Part shown: positions 1-9,080 of the stretch, piece by piece
Layout of the letters: every line of letters starts with the position of its first letter
Position numbering within the stretch: position 1 is the first letter of the stretch
Source: a virus
Lineage: Duplodnaviria > Caudoviricetes
Strand: one strand, 5' to 3'
DNA: 64,000 nucleotides
IMG/VR virus record: IMGVR_UViG_2862561106_000004
Coordinates: 4,451 to 68,450 of that record
Made by a program: the position numbers and the translations under genes
Notes under the pieces: model-generated
Told to the model about the DNA's origin: nothing
Databases searched by the model: none
The model's input: only the letters and a program-made list of their open reading frames with translations

Positions 1-186
1 GGGGAACGGCATGTGCAACGGAAAGAGCTGATAGCCATGCGCTCATGGATACGCCTTCTGGCCTTTTCCATCCTCCATATCTTCACGCCCGGCCGATGCC
101 GAGGGGTGGAGCTCGTACACAGCAATGGGAGCGTCAGTCGACTTTGTTCGTTCTGCGGCTCCTGGGAGAAAGTGAGTGGTGACTGA

Positions 187-945
187 ATGAGCTTTTCTCA
201 GCCCGGCACGGGCGGAGATACGTTCGACCTCAAAACCAACGGCGACGCCTGGATGGGCGCGCTGATGCTGGTGTGGCCGATCTCGCTGAAGCCCAACTTC
301 GACACCGGCAAGTTCGAGCCGACGGACGTCGTGGAGTGCGACATAGCGCTCATCGACCGCACCAACCCCGAGACCGGCAAGCCGCTGCTGTTCAAGAACG
401 CCTTCCTGTTCAGCAAGGGGCTGGTGGCCAACACCCGCGGCGACATCGGCGGCATGGTCCTCGGCCGGCTGGTGAAGCGGCAGTTCGCCAACGGCGTCGG
501 CTGGAGCCTGGACCCGTACACCCCGCAGGACGAGCAGATCGCGCAGCAGTACCTCGTCCAGAACCCCCGCAACTCGCCGTCCCAGCCGTCCTCGTCGCAG
601 CAGGGGCCGCCTCGGCAGTCCCCGCCGCAGGAAGACCCCTGGGTCGGCATGAACACGTCCCCTCCACCGCAGCAGCAGAGCTGGGGGGCTGCGGCTTCCC
701 CGACTGCTGCGGCGACCCCGACTGGTGCGGCTTCCCCGCCGCCGCCCCAGCAGCAGAGCTGGGGTGCACCCCCGGCTGCATCCCCGGCCCAGGCTGCCCC
801 GCCGCCTGCTCCCTCCGCCCCGAGTAACGGGATGGAGTCCTGGCCGGCCGGACTGGCTGACTTCCTGCGCTCGCGCGGAGTCGACCCGGCCCAGGTCCAG
901 GACGAGAGCACCGCTCGCATGATCGCCGCGAGCCTCCCCCAGTAA
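187..945 (+). CDS. Phage ssDNA-binding/annealing-like protein with Pro/Gln-rich tail
   Basis: Globular N-terminal half, then low-complexity P/Q/A linker; lies just upstream of prim-pol; function inferred. Confidence 0.5.
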   Translation: MSFSQPGTGGDTFDLKTNGDAWMGALMLVWPISLKPNFDTGKFEPTDVVECDIALIDRTNPETGKPLLFKNAFLFSKGLVANTRGDIGGMVLGRLVKRQFANGVGWSLDPYTPQDEQIAQQYLVQNPRNSPSQPSSSQQGPPRQSPPQEDPWVGMNTSPPPQQQSWGAAASPTAAATPTGAASPPPPQQQSWGAPPAASPAQAAPPPAPSAPSNGMESWPAGLADFLRSRGVDPAQVQDESTARMIAASLPQ

Positions 946-960
946 GGAGAGCACCACCCC

Positions 961-1311
961 ATGGCAGAAACCCGCAAGCCGGCCGCGAAGAAGGCCGCCA
1001 CCCGCAAGGAGAGCCCTGTGTCCGAAACCCCCGAGTCCCCGGCGGTCGACGTCGACAGCGTCGAGCAGGACGACAACGGTGAAGGTCGCCGGCGCGGCGG
1101 CCGGAAGCCGTCGCCGCTGACCGAGCACATCCGCACCTGGGAGAAGGCCAAGGCCCGCGCCGACCGCGCCCGGTCCCGGGCCGCCAAGGTGCAGGACGTC
1201 CAGACCGAGCTGGCCACCGCGGAGCAGCAGGAACGCGACGCCTACCAGGCGCTCCAGGACGCCATGAGTAACGAGGCGCCGACGACGGACACCACCACGT
1301 CCGTGGAGTAG
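961..1311 (+). CDS. Hypothetical coiled-coil protein
   Basis: AAGGAG RBS, GC3-rich codons. Confidence 0.75.
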   Translation: MAETRKPAAKKAATRKESPVSETPESPAVDVDSVEQDDNGEGRRRGGRKPSPLTEHIRTWEKAKARADRARSRAAKVQDVQTELATAEQQERDAYQALQDAMSNEAPTTDTTTSVE

Positions 1312-1359
1312 CACAAGCCGACCTCAGGCGTTTGCACGGACTGAGCGCCTGGGGGCCAC

Positions 1360-1400
1360 GGGGGTGGTGCCTGTTACCTCGCAGCCGGGCACCACCCCCA
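1360..1400 (+). terminator. Stem-loop, possible terminator
   Basis: GGGGTGGTGCC...GGCACCACCCC inverted repeat after the 961-1311 ORF. Confidence 0.5.
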
Positions 1401-1430
1401 CCCCCTCTTCACCAACTTGGAGGCTCCTGA

Positions 1431-1601
1431 ATGGCGTGTGACGAGTGCGATATAGCGCATGCGATGGCGACACGGTTGGACGCTTGGAAGTCGGCCGACG
1501 CGACACTTAAGGCAGCAACGTGGGCTGACGACTACGACGTGGACCCGTCCGACGTCCTTGCGGTGGCTCTCTTCCTCATGGGCGCGGGCGAGTCCTCGTG
1601 A
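1431..1601 (+). CDS. Small hypothetical protein (56 aa)
   Basis: GGAGG RBS, ATG at 1431, stop overlaps prim-pol start (GTGA). Confidence 0.6.
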   Translation: MACDECDIAHAMATRLDAWKSADATLKAATWADDYDVDPSDVLAVALFLMGAGESS

Positions 1602-2500
1602 GTCTGCTGCCCGATGCGCTTCGGGCAGTGCAGCAGGGATTCACAATCTTCCCGGTGGAGCCTGGCGAGAAGACGCCGCACCGGCTCTACCCGAACCGCC
1701 CGAAGGAAGACGCACCGTGGACCATCAAGTGGTCCGAGGCCGCGACTCGGGATCTGCGCCAGATCTGTTCGTGGTGGGCGGAGTCTCCGAACGCGAACAT
1801 CGGCGTCGCCGCGAAACCGTCCGGCCTCCTGGTCGTGGACTGCGATCTGCCTAAGCGGCACAACCAACTCCAGGGCACACCGTGGGAGTTCATGCATGAC
1901 AAGTTCGGCCCCCTCGTTGACGGCGCTGACGTTCTGCGAGAGATGTGCGTGCGTTATGGAGATACGTACGAGCGGCTGGAACGGACGTACCGAATATGCA
2001 CGGCATCCATGGGCCTGCACCTGTACTTCCGGTGGCCCGAAGGCGTGGAAGCGTCTCAAGCTTCGCCTGTCCCTGGCCTACTGGACGTTCGCTGCAACGG
2101 CGGCGCGAAAGGCGGCTACGTCCTCGGAGCCGGCAGCTCCACCGCCAAGGGCCCGTACGTAGCGGAGAACAACCTCCCGGTGGCCGACGCCCCGCCGTGG
2201 CTGGTCGAGCTGGTGCGGGAGAAACCGCGGCCGGCTAAGCCCCGTTCGCCGTTCCAGCAGCCGAAGAACGCCGGGAGCTTCAGCGGCCTGGTCGAAGCCG
2301 TCGCCTACGCCCAGGAGGGCAACCGCAACAACGTCCTGCTGTGGGCGGCCCGTTCGATGTGTGAGGACGGGGCCACCGAGGAGGAGGCCATCGAGCTGCT
2401 GGTGCCGCCGGCGCTCGACTGCGGCCTGGACGGCGGGGAGCGGCAGGCAGAGCAGACCATCCGGTCCGGCTTCCGCCTCCAGCAGAGGAAGAGCACGTGA
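1598..2500 (+). CDS. Bifunctional DNA primase/polymerase (Prim-Pol)
   Basis: IFPVEPGEKTP, ANIGVA, LLVVDCD, GLHLYF, GGYVL motifs; C-terminal EGNRNNVL (PriCT-like). Confidence 0.9.
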   Translation: MSLLPDALRAVQQGFTIFPVEPGEKTPHRLYPNRPKEDAPWTIKWSEAATRDLRQICSWWAESPNANIGVAAKPSGLLVVDCDLPKRHNQLQGTPWEFMHDKFGPLVDGADVLREMCVRYGDTYERLERTYRICTASMGLHLYFRWPEGVEASQASPVPGLLDVRCNGGAKGGYVLGAGSSTAKGPYVAENNLPVADAPPWLVELVREKPRPAKPRSPFQQPKNAGSFSGLVEAVAYAQEGNRNNVLLWAARSMCEDGATEEEAIELLVPPALDCGLDGGERQAEQTIRSGFRLQQRKST

Positions 2501-2667
2501 TCATCAAAACCGAGTACACCGGCGACCTCATCACGATCGAAATCGAAGACCCGGCCCATTGGGCGTCGTGGGAGGAAATCAGCCTCACCGACGAGATGGG
2601 GACATTCGGGCTGCACGTCCAGGCGCTCGTGCGCAGGAAACTCAAGGAGCAACGAGGAGGAGTATGA
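2497..2667 (+). CDS. Small hypothetical protein
   Basis: Start and stop overlap both neighbours. Confidence 0.55.
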   Translation: MIIKTEYTGDLITIEIEDPAHWASWEEISLTDEMGTFGLHVQALVRRKLKEQRGGV

Positions 2668-2783
2668 GAAGCGACAAATCGTTCAACGTAATCATCGCCT
2701 TGTCGGCAGCTCTCACTGTCGCCTGGGCGGGTTTCGTCGTGTGGGTGATAGTGGAGCTGGTGACATGGCTGACGAGCAAGTGA
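2664..2783 (+). CDS. Small membrane protein
   Basis: GGAGG RBS; hydrophobic stretch VIIALSAALTVAWAGFVVWVIV. Confidence 0.6.
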   Translation: MRSDKSFNVIIALSAALTVAWAGFVVWVIVELVTWLTSK

Positions 2784-2786
2784 ATC

Positions 2787-3002
2787 ATGGGGAAACCTAA
2801 GAAGGTTCAACCCACCCAGCTAGACCAGGAGATAGCGGACCGCATACGGAAGTCACTCGAAGACTGGGCCCCAGGGAAGTGGGCCGAACTAGTCGCTTAC
2901 GGCCCGGCCTGCTGTTGTGGGCTCCGGGCCGATTCCATGTGTCACCGACACCCGGAGGGCCGAGATGAAGAGTCGCCTGGTGACGGCCCGGACCATCGTT
3001 GA
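2787..3002 (+). CDS. Hypothetical protein
   Basis: ORF in tightly packed operon. Confidence 0.5.
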   Translation: MGKPKKVQPTQLDQEIADRIRKSLEDWAPGKWAELVAYGPACCCGLRADSMCHRHPEGRDEESPGDGPDHR

Positions 3003-3180
3003 TCTGCCTCTCCCGGGGGATGAGGAAACGTTTCTCGCGGCACGGATCAGGTTCTCGATTCGTCGTGAGCGTCGGCTGAACACGGAAGAGCGACTGATGT
3101 ACGCGTGCGTGGCTTTTCGCGTTGTGCACGATCTCGACTTCTGCCTGGTCTACGAATGCCCCTTCTGCGGAGGACTGTGA
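2965..3180 (+). CDS. Hypothetical protein, C-terminal Cys cluster
   Basis: GGAGG RBS; ends with ECPFCGGL. Confidence 0.55.
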   Translation: MKSRLVTARTIVDLPLPGDEETFLAARIRFSIRRERRLNTEERLMYACVAFRVVHDLDFCLVYECPFCGGL

Positions 3181-3181
3181 A

Positions 3182-3376
3182 ATGGAATACGTCGCTGAGG
3201 TCGTCTTCTACAAGACGACCGAGATCGAGATCACCAACCTGGGCGACGCGGTGCGCCGGACCGCCGAGGGCCTGCGGGAGCCGGCCGGCGAGATGACGGT
3301 GAAGGGCTCCCGGGCGTTCGTCGGATCGGTGATCAGCGGTGCCGGCACCGCCTTCGAGATGGAGACCGAGCAGTGA
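3182..3376 (+). CDS. Hypothetical protein
   Basis: GGAGG RBS; stop overlaps next start. Confidence 0.65.
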   Translation: MEYVAEVVFYKTTEIEITNLGDAVRRTAEGLREPAGEMTVKGSRAFVGSVISGAGTAFEMETEQ

Positions 3377-3627
3377 GCCGCAAGTTCGAAGGTTTCGCCA
3401 ACGATGCCGAGTACCACACCAACCCCCACTACAAGCGGGGCTGCGGGGTCGGCGTCCTCCTCGCCGGTCTCAGCGAAGCCGACCGGACCGAGGTGCAGGC
3501 CGCCCTGGACCGCCCGGAGCTGTCGGCCGTCGGCATCGCCCAAGCCCTGAAATCACGGGGCGTCACCGGCATCACCGCGGGGATCATCGGCTACCACCGC
3601 AGGGGAGCGTGCGCCTGTGGGCAGTAG
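3373..3627 (+). CDS. Small HTH/Zn-binding protein of the type often found upstream of phage metallophosphoesterases
   Basis: C-x-V...IAQALKSRG...YHRRGACAC pattern. Confidence 0.6.
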   Translation: MSRKFEGFANDAEYHTNPHYKRGCGVGVLLAGLSEADRTEVQAALDRPELSAVGIAQALKSRGVTGITAGIIGYHRRGACACGQ

Positions 3628-4564
3628 GGCCCGGCCGAGAGGTCCCTCCGGCGCCGCCTGGACGGCTTTCGGCGCGGCGGTGACCCTCCTGGCCGGAGCG
3701 GTCTTCATCAACGACGCAGTGGACGACGAGGAGCCGCCGAAGCCGCCGCCGTCGAGCAGCAGCTCGGCCCCCACACCGACCCCGACGGCCGACAACGACC
3801 GGACGACGCCGGCGACGCCCTCCCCGTCGGCCAGCTCGCGGCCCGCGCGGACACCGCCGCCGAAGCCGAGCACGGCACCGTCGAAGCGACCCGCGCCGAA
3901 ACCCACCGCCAGCAGCCGACGGGCCACACCGAAGCCACCGGCCGCCACCCGCCGGGCCACACCGAAGCCGCCGACCGTCAAGCCGCCGTCGCGGCCGAAG
4001 CCGTCAACCACCACCCGCCGGCCGACACCGCGGCCGACGCCGAAGCCCAGCACCCGGCCCCCGCTGCTGCCGCTGCCGATCCCCGTACCCGTGCCGCCGC
4101 TGGTGACGCTCGTGGAGAAGCTGCCAGTGAAGGCCGAGGCGGCGGCGAAGCCCTACGACCGGGAGGCGTTCCGGTACAGCCCGGAGAAGGCGCGGCCGGT
4201 GGTGTTCCAGCAGGAGCAGCGGGCCGACGGTTCTTGGCTGTCTCGCTGGGATGGCCGGGTGTTCCGGTCGCGGATGGGGATGGACGTCGACCACAACGTC
4301 GCACTGCGGGAGGCGTGGGACTCGGGGGCGTCGACCTGGCCGGTGGCGCGGCTGGAGGCGTTCAGCGAAGACCCGGCGAACCTCAACGCCATCACGGCCG
4401 GCTTGAACCGCTCGAAGGGCGACCAGGACGGAGCCTGGCCGGCTCCTCTTGAGCGGTGCGCCTACGTGGAGCAAGTAGCGGAAGTGAAAAGTGAATACGG
4501 GCTGTCGATCGACCCCGTGGAACAAGCGGCCATGCTGAATGTGGCCCATGCCTGCAAAGGGTAA
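3617..4564 (+). CDS. Membrane-anchored or secreted HNH nuclease (DUF1524-like)
   Basis: N-terminal hydrophobic helix, Pro/Thr linker, DVDHNVALREAWDSGA and NRSKGD motifs. Confidence 0.75.
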   Translation: MGSRARPRGPSGAAWTAFGAAVTLLAGAVFINDAVDDEEPPKPPPSSSSSAPTPTPTADNDRTTPATPSPSASSRPARTPPPKPSTAPSKRPAPKPTASSRRATPKPPAATRRATPKPPTVKPPSRPKPSTTTRRPTPRPTPKPSTRPPLLPLPIPVPVPPLVTLVEKLPVKAEAAAKPYDREAFRYSPEKARPVVFQQEQRADGSWLSRWDGRVFRSRMGMDVDHNVALREAWDSGASTWPVARLEAFSEDPANLNAITAGLNRSKGDQDGAWPAPLERCAYVEQVAEVKSEYGLSIDPVEQAAMLNVAHACKG

Positions 4565-4567
4565 GCA

Positions 4568-5608
4568 ATGAGTGATTCGCTCGGCAATGAGGCGGATACA
4601 GCGGACCGTCTGGCGCGCATGACGTCAGAACGCGACCGCCTCGCCCGGCAGTTGCACGAGGTCAAACACAAACAGGCCGACTACCTGAACACCGTGTGGG
4701 AAGCGACGACCGAGGCTATCGGGCGTATCCGCCTGGCACCGGTGGAACCGCCGGGCCCGCCTGACATCGGGCAGTCCGCCCTTCGAACCGAGGAGTACGC
4801 CGTTGCCCTGCTCTCTGACCTACAAACTGGAAAGCTCACCCCAGATTACGACTCCCGGGTATGTCGAGATCGTGTCATGCGATACGCACAACGAATCGTG
4901 CGTCTTGCGGAAGTTCAACGACTGCATCACCCCGTTCGACACTGCATCGTACCGATGCTCGGTGACATGGTTGAGGGAGTCGACATCTTCCCCGGCCAGC
5001 AGTGGCTCATAGATTCGACGCTCTATGACCAGCTCTTCAACACCACCCCTGCACTTCTGGTTGACTTTGTGCGGTATCTGCTCGGGCATTTTGAGACTGT
5101 CACCGTGTACGCAGTTGACGGAAACCATGGTCGTATCGGACGACGAGGCCAATTCGGCCCCATGGATAACGCGGATAGAATGCTATATCGCATTGTTTCC
5201 ATGCTCCTGCGAGACGAGCCGCGGTTCGAGCTGAAGATGACCGACCCGCAGGGTGAACGGAACTGGTACCAGGTGATGGAGCTCGGCGCATACTCGGCCC
5301 TCCTGATCCACGGCGATCAGATCCGGGGGCACTCCGGTTTCCCCTGGTACGGCCTCGGCAAGAAGGTGAACGGATGGGGCAGCGGTGGAATACCCGAACC
5401 CTTCAAAGACGTTTTCATGGGTCACTATCACCAGCTCGGAAGAATCCCGTTGAATCACCGTTCCGTGTGGTGCAACGGCTCCACGGAAAGTACGAATACT
5501 TTCGCGTCGGAGACACTAGCCGCGCAGTCGGAGCCTTCGCAGTGGTTGCTTTTCGTGGACCCGGACGCCGGGCGGGTTACTGCCTCATATGGAGTTGATC
5601 TGCGGTGA
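4568..5608 (+). CDS. Calcineurin-like metallophosphoesterase
   Basis: LSDLQ, LGDMVEG, GNHG, HGD, MGHYH metal motifs; N-terminal coiled coil. Confidence 0.85.
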   Translation: MSDSLGNEADTADRLARMTSERDRLARQLHEVKHKQADYLNTVWEATTEAIGRIRLAPVEPPGPPDIGQSALRTEEYAVALLSDLQTGKLTPDYDSRVCRDRVMRYAQRIVRLAEVQRLHHPVRHCIVPMLGDMVEGVDIFPGQQWLIDSTLYDQLFNTTPALLVDFVRYLLGHFETVTVYAVDGNHGRIGRRGQFGPMDNADRMLYRIVSMLLRDEPRFELKMTDPQGERNWYQVMELGAYSALLIHGDQIRGHSGFPWYGLGKKVNGWGSGGIPEPFKDVFMGHYHQLGRIPLNHRSVWCNGSTESTNTFASETLAAQSEPSQWLLFVDPDAGRVTASYGVDLR

Positions 5609-5820
5609 AGCGCGACCAAGCAGCCCGCTACCTTGCCCGTCTGCACGTGGCCATGGCACTGCTGTGGTTCCTCCTCATCATTCCCACCATGTTGTGGTGG
5701 AAGGAATCCATTCTGTGGGTCCTGCTGATTTCCATCTACGCCAACATCGTCGGCCACTGGGGCGCCTACCAGGCGGCCAAGGCCGAGGAGTCCGGCGAGA
5801 CCAACCCCCCGCAGGGCTGA
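5605..5820 (+). CDS. Small 2-TM membrane protein
   Basis: Two hydrophobic segments. Confidence 0.65.
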   Translation: MKRDQAARYLARLHVAMALLWFLLIIPTMLWWKESILWVLLISIYANIVGHWGAYQAAKAEESGETNPPQG

Positions 5821-5823
5821 GCC

Positions 5824-5928
5824 GTGGAGCGGGCAAGCACGAAAGCCGAGATCGTCAGAACGGTCGTCGGCATCATCCAACTGGTGGTGGCCACGGTGAC
5901 GCTGGCCCTCATCGTCTTCACTAGGTAG
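5824..5928 (+). CDS. 34-aa single-TM peptide
   Basis: MERASTKAEIVRTVVGIIQLVVATVTLALIVFTR fills the gap between neighbours. Confidence 0.45.
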   Translation: MERASTKAEIVRTVVGIIQLVVATVTLALIVFTR

Positions 5929-5933
5929 GCGAC

Positions 5934-6284
5934 ATGGAAGACATGGGCGACGAGCTGGCCGCCGGCAACACCCTGGTCGTGGCCGAGCGCTCCGGCATCA
6001 TCCGGGCCGTGTACGGCGACGCGAAGCGCGTCCTCGGCTGGACGGCCGAGGCCCTGGTCGGAAAGCCGCTGGTGACGCTGATCCCCGAGGACATGCGGGC
6101 CGCTCACCTGAACGGCCTGGCGCAGTTCAACGCGACCGGGGAAGGCCCGATCCTCAACCGGACTGTCGAAGTTCAGTGCGTGGGGCGGGACGGCATGGCG
6201 CGGGACATCGCGCTCACCGTCTACGACGGCGACGTGGACCCGGTCATCTACGGCTGGATCGAATCGCGTGCCGGCGGGGCGTGA
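5934..6284 (+). CDS. Stand-alone PAS domain protein (FixL-like)
   Basis: LGWTAEALVGKPLVTLIPEDMRAAH...RDG PAS signature. Confidence 0.8.
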   Translation: MEDMGDELAAGNTLVVAERSGIIRAVYGDAKRVLGWTAEALVGKPLVTLIPEDMRAAHLNGLAQFNATGEGPILNRTVEVQCVGRDGMARDIALTVYDGDVDPVIYGWIESRAGGA

Positions 6285-6546
6285 CGGGAGGCGATGGCGG
6301 CAGACGGTTGCCATCGCCCGCCGTGAATTCCCACCGGTCTGCTGGCTCTGCGGCCTCCCCATCGACATGTCGCTGCACCACAACGACCCGATGTCCTGGA
6401 CGGTCGAGCACAAGCTGTCGCTTGCCGAGGGCGGCGACCCGTACGACCTGAACAACCTGGCCCCCGCACACCGCCGTTGCAATTCCAAAAAGGGTGCCAA
6501 CAACCGGCCGGTCGAGCGGCCGAAGACTTCCCGGAGGTGGAAGTGA
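6268..6546 (+). CDS. HNH endonuclease
   Basis: CWLC...TVEH...GG...NLAPAHRRCNSKKG. Confidence 0.85.
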   Translation: MPAGRDGRRWRQTVAIARREFPPVCWLCGLPIDMSLHHNDPMSWTVEHKLSLAEGGDPYDLNNLAPAHRRCNSKKGANNRPVERPKTSRRWK

Positions 6547-6947
6547 CGTACGCCTGTGATCACCCCGGTTGCGAGTACGACGAACGCGTAGACAGCCACT
6601 TGCCGACCGTTCGCCACGACGGCGGCGGTATCGACCCTGACTGCCGAGGCTGCCAGATCTTGCTGGCCCATCGCCATCACACCTTTGTGGAACCGAGCCC
6701 TTACGCCGACAGCTTCACCGCTCTGGAAAACGGGGCCAGTCCTTCCGATCCGTCGACCGCGCCGAAGCACTACCAGGGGAAGGCGATGCAGCCCTGGCAG
6801 ATCTGGGAGGCGTACGACCTGGACCCGTGGTCGGCCAACGTCATCAAGTACGTGCTGCGCGCCGGCCGCAAGGGGCCGAAGGTCGAAGACCTGCGAAAGG
6901 CCCGTCACTACCTGGATTACCTGATCGAAAGGGAGCAGAGCCGATGA
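6543..6947 (+). CDS. DUF3310-like protein
   Basis: PKHY...ANVIKYVLRAGRKG..EDLRKARHYL. Confidence 0.8.
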   Translation: MTYACDHPGCEYDERVDSHLPTVRHDGGGIDPDCRGCQILLAHRHHTFVEPSPYADSFTALENGASPSDPSTAPKHYQGKAMQPWQIWEAYDLDPWSANVIKYVLRAGRKGPKVEDLRKARHYLDYLIEREQSR

Positions 6948-7231
6948 CCGAATACGAGAAGGTCGGCCCGTCCGTCAACATCGAACTATCCGGCAACACC
7001 ACCCAGTCGGCGCGAATAGCCGTGCTGACCGACGGGACGTCCAGCACGGCCGAGATCCTGGTCGAGAACGAGTACGGCGGCTTCGACGTCATGGGCCGGG
7101 GCGTGGCCCGGCGGCGGAAAGGCGACACCCGTCAGCCGGAGCTCGGCACGCGGCTCGCCATCGGCCGAGCCCTGAAGCACGCGGCCTCGTCGTACGAGGA
7201 GCACCTGCGGAAGCGGGGCTACGAACTTTGA
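6944..7231 (+). CDS. dsRBD-fold (DUF1876-like) protein
   Basis: GRGVARRRKGD...ELGTRLAIGRAL motif. Confidence 0.6.
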   Translation: MTEYEKVGPSVNIELSGNTTQSARIAVLTDGTSSTAEILVENEYGGFDVMGRGVARRRKGDTRQPELGTRLAIGRALKHAASSYEEHLRKRGYEL

Positions 7232-7458
7232 TCATCCGGCAGACCGTCCAGGTGCGATTCCTCGGAACGGACCGGCTCTACACCTACGCCTACGACTGGG
7301 ACACGTCGACCGAGGAACGGGCCCTTGCGGTAGGCGACCGTGTCGAGGTGCCGCCGAACTTCGTGCAGGAGGACGGCGGTTCGGGCACGGTCGCCGCCCT
7401 CGGCTCGCTCTACGACGGTCCCCTCCAGAACATCGTGAGGAGGATTCCCGATGCCTGA
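7228..7458 (+). CDS. Hypothetical SH3-like protein
   Basis: YTY..LAVGDRVEVP motif; overlapping start. Confidence 0.6.
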   Translation: MIIRQTVQVRFLGTDRLYTYAYDWDTSTEERALAVGDRVEVPPNFVQEDGGSGTVAALGSLYDGPLQNIVRRIPDA

Positions 7459-7590
7459 ACCTTCGAAGAAGCGGGAGCGCCTGTACGGCGAGGCGTACCG
7501 CCAGGCCCTCGCCCGCGACCACCAGCGGGAAGCGACGCCGAAGAACCGCCGGCCGGCTCCGAAGCCGTCAGCGATGCCGGGGGCGAAGCG

Positions 7591-7905
7591 ATGAAGCTCA
7601 GCCCCGCCGTGCGCTGGCTGGAGAGGGATGTTGACTTCGAGACGAGACCAATAGAGGACGAGTTTGGGGTCGGTGTCGTGCAGGGCCTTGATTCTCACGA
7701 GTCGGGGCTGTTCTCGTACGAAACTGCCGGAGGGCGTAGAGCCACCGGCTACGCGTCTCCAATCTTCACGGTTAAGGACGACCTGGAGTGCGTTTGCAGC
7801 ACGGGTAGGCGCTGCTCCTTCTGGCTTTCGGGCTACTACAGCAGCCACGAACGAAGCCTCCAGGCCCGGTTCGACCCCTCCTTGGCGAGGAGGCCGCACC
7901 CGTGA
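7591..7905 (+). CDS. Hypothetical protein
   Basis: ORF with lower GC, stop overlaps next start. Confidence 0.5.
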   Translation: MKLSPAVRWLERDVDFETRPIEDEFGVGVVQGLDSHESGLFSYETAGGRRATGYASPIFTVKDDLECVCSTGRRCSFWLSGYYSSHERSLQARFDPSLARRPHP

Positions 7906-8120
7906 GCGTCCGCGTCTACACCGAGAGGGGCACCGTCGCCCACGAGCTTCGGTGGGGCGACTCCCCGAACGAGGCCGGCGCGAAGGCGCTGTGCGGCCGT
8001 ACGGCGTGGCCCGGCTACTGGTACGGCACCGGCACCCAGAACGAGCACGAGCGGGCCGCGGAGCTGCCGCTGTGCGTCGGCTGCAAGGCGATCCTCGTCC
8101 ACCAGGCCGGGGGTCGCTGA
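7902..8120 (+). CDS. Hypothetical Zn-binding protein
   Basis: H...LCG...LCVGC. Confidence 0.6.
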   Translation: MSVRVYTERGTVAHELRWGDSPNEAGAKALCGRTAWPGYWYGTGTQNEHERAAELPLCVGCKAILVHQAGGR

Positions 8121-8326
8121 TGGACGGCCCCTGGGGCTACTGCCCGGGGTGCCGGCGGCTGGAACCGCTGGACGAGAAGGGCCTCGTCGTCATCCACGCC
8201 GAGTCCGCGTCCGTCCTGGGCGCCACCACCCCATGCATCGGCGGCGGCGATCCCCCCGGTGAGCAGCCCGGCCCCGACGCCCCACGCCCGTGTCGGGTCA
8301 AGTGCCCGACATGCGGCTTCAGTTAG
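8120..8326 (+). CDS. Hypothetical Zn-ribbon protein
   Basis: CPGC and CPTC pairs. Confidence 0.5.
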   Translation: MDGPWGYCPGCRRLEPLDEKGLVVIHAESASVLGATTPCIGGGDPPGEQPGPDAPRPCRVKCPTCGFS

Positions 8327-8343
8327 AGAAAGGAACACCCGCG

Positions 8344-8703
8344 ATGAGCATCTTCACTCCCGACGAGGACGTCCGAGCGAACTTCCGCCAGGCCGCCGAG
8401 TACATCAGCGAGCACGGCCACTACAAGGGCGGCTACTTCGAGGGCGGCCTTGACCCGGTGGTCGTCGTCCCCTCCTACCTCACGCCTGCCGCGTGCGCCA
8501 TGGGTGCGCTCGCCAAGGTGGCGGCGGGGGAAAGGTCGTTCGTTTCGGAGTCCGCCGTCGGCTACCTCGACCGCCGTCTCGGCATCCCCGTGGGCGAGTG
8601 GAACGACCGGCCGGAGACGACAGCCGAGGACGTGATCCTGGAACTGAAGCGGGCGGCCGACGAGTACCCGGCCCTGCCGCCGGCCGAGGGGGTGCAGTCG
8701 TGA
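8344..8703 (+). CDS. DUF6197-like protein, paralog 1
   Basis: GHYKG..CAMGAL..WND..TAEDVIL; AAGGA RBS. Confidence 0.75.
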   Translation: MSIFTPDEDVRANFRQAAEYISEHGHYKGGYFEGGLDPVVVVPSYLTPAACAMGALAKVAAGERSFVSESAVGYLDRRLGIPVGEWNDRPETTAEDVILELKRAADEYPALPPAEGVQS

Positions 8704-9080
8704 CCCCCAAGGACATCCTGCTGAAGGCGGCCGAGATCATCCAGCGTGACGGCTGGCACCAGGGCAGCCTGTTCAAGGTGCCCGAGTTCACTACCGTCCG
8801 CCGCCTGTCCGGTCGGCTGGCAGCCACCCATGCAGCCGGCCGAACAGCACCGGTCTGTGCCATGGGCGCGCTCTGCCGAGCCACCTTCGGTACCGCCTAC
8901 GCGGACGATATTCACGTATGGCCGCCAGCGCTGATGGACACTTACCGCGACGCCGTCCTCGCCCTGGAGCGGGAAGTCAGCGCCCCCGGCAACAGCGTCG
9001 CCCACTGGAACGACCAGCGGGAGCGCACCGCCGAAGACGTGATCCTCGCCTTCAAGCGAGCCGCCCATGCGAGCGATTGA
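8700..9080 (+). CDS. DUF6197-like protein, paralog 2
   Basis: GWHQG..CAMGAL..WND..RTAEDVIL. Confidence 0.75.
   Translation: MTPKDILLKAAEIIQRDGWHQGSLFKVPEFTTVRRLSGRLAATHAAGRTAPVCAMGALCRATFGTAYADDIHVWPPALMDTYRDAVLALEREVSAPGNSVAHWNDQRERTAEDVILAFKRAAHASD

Noticed and set aside
3730-4100. Short DNA repeats CCGGGCCACACCGAAGCC
   Set aside because: Encode the Pro/Thr/Lys linker of the nuclease; no separate function needed
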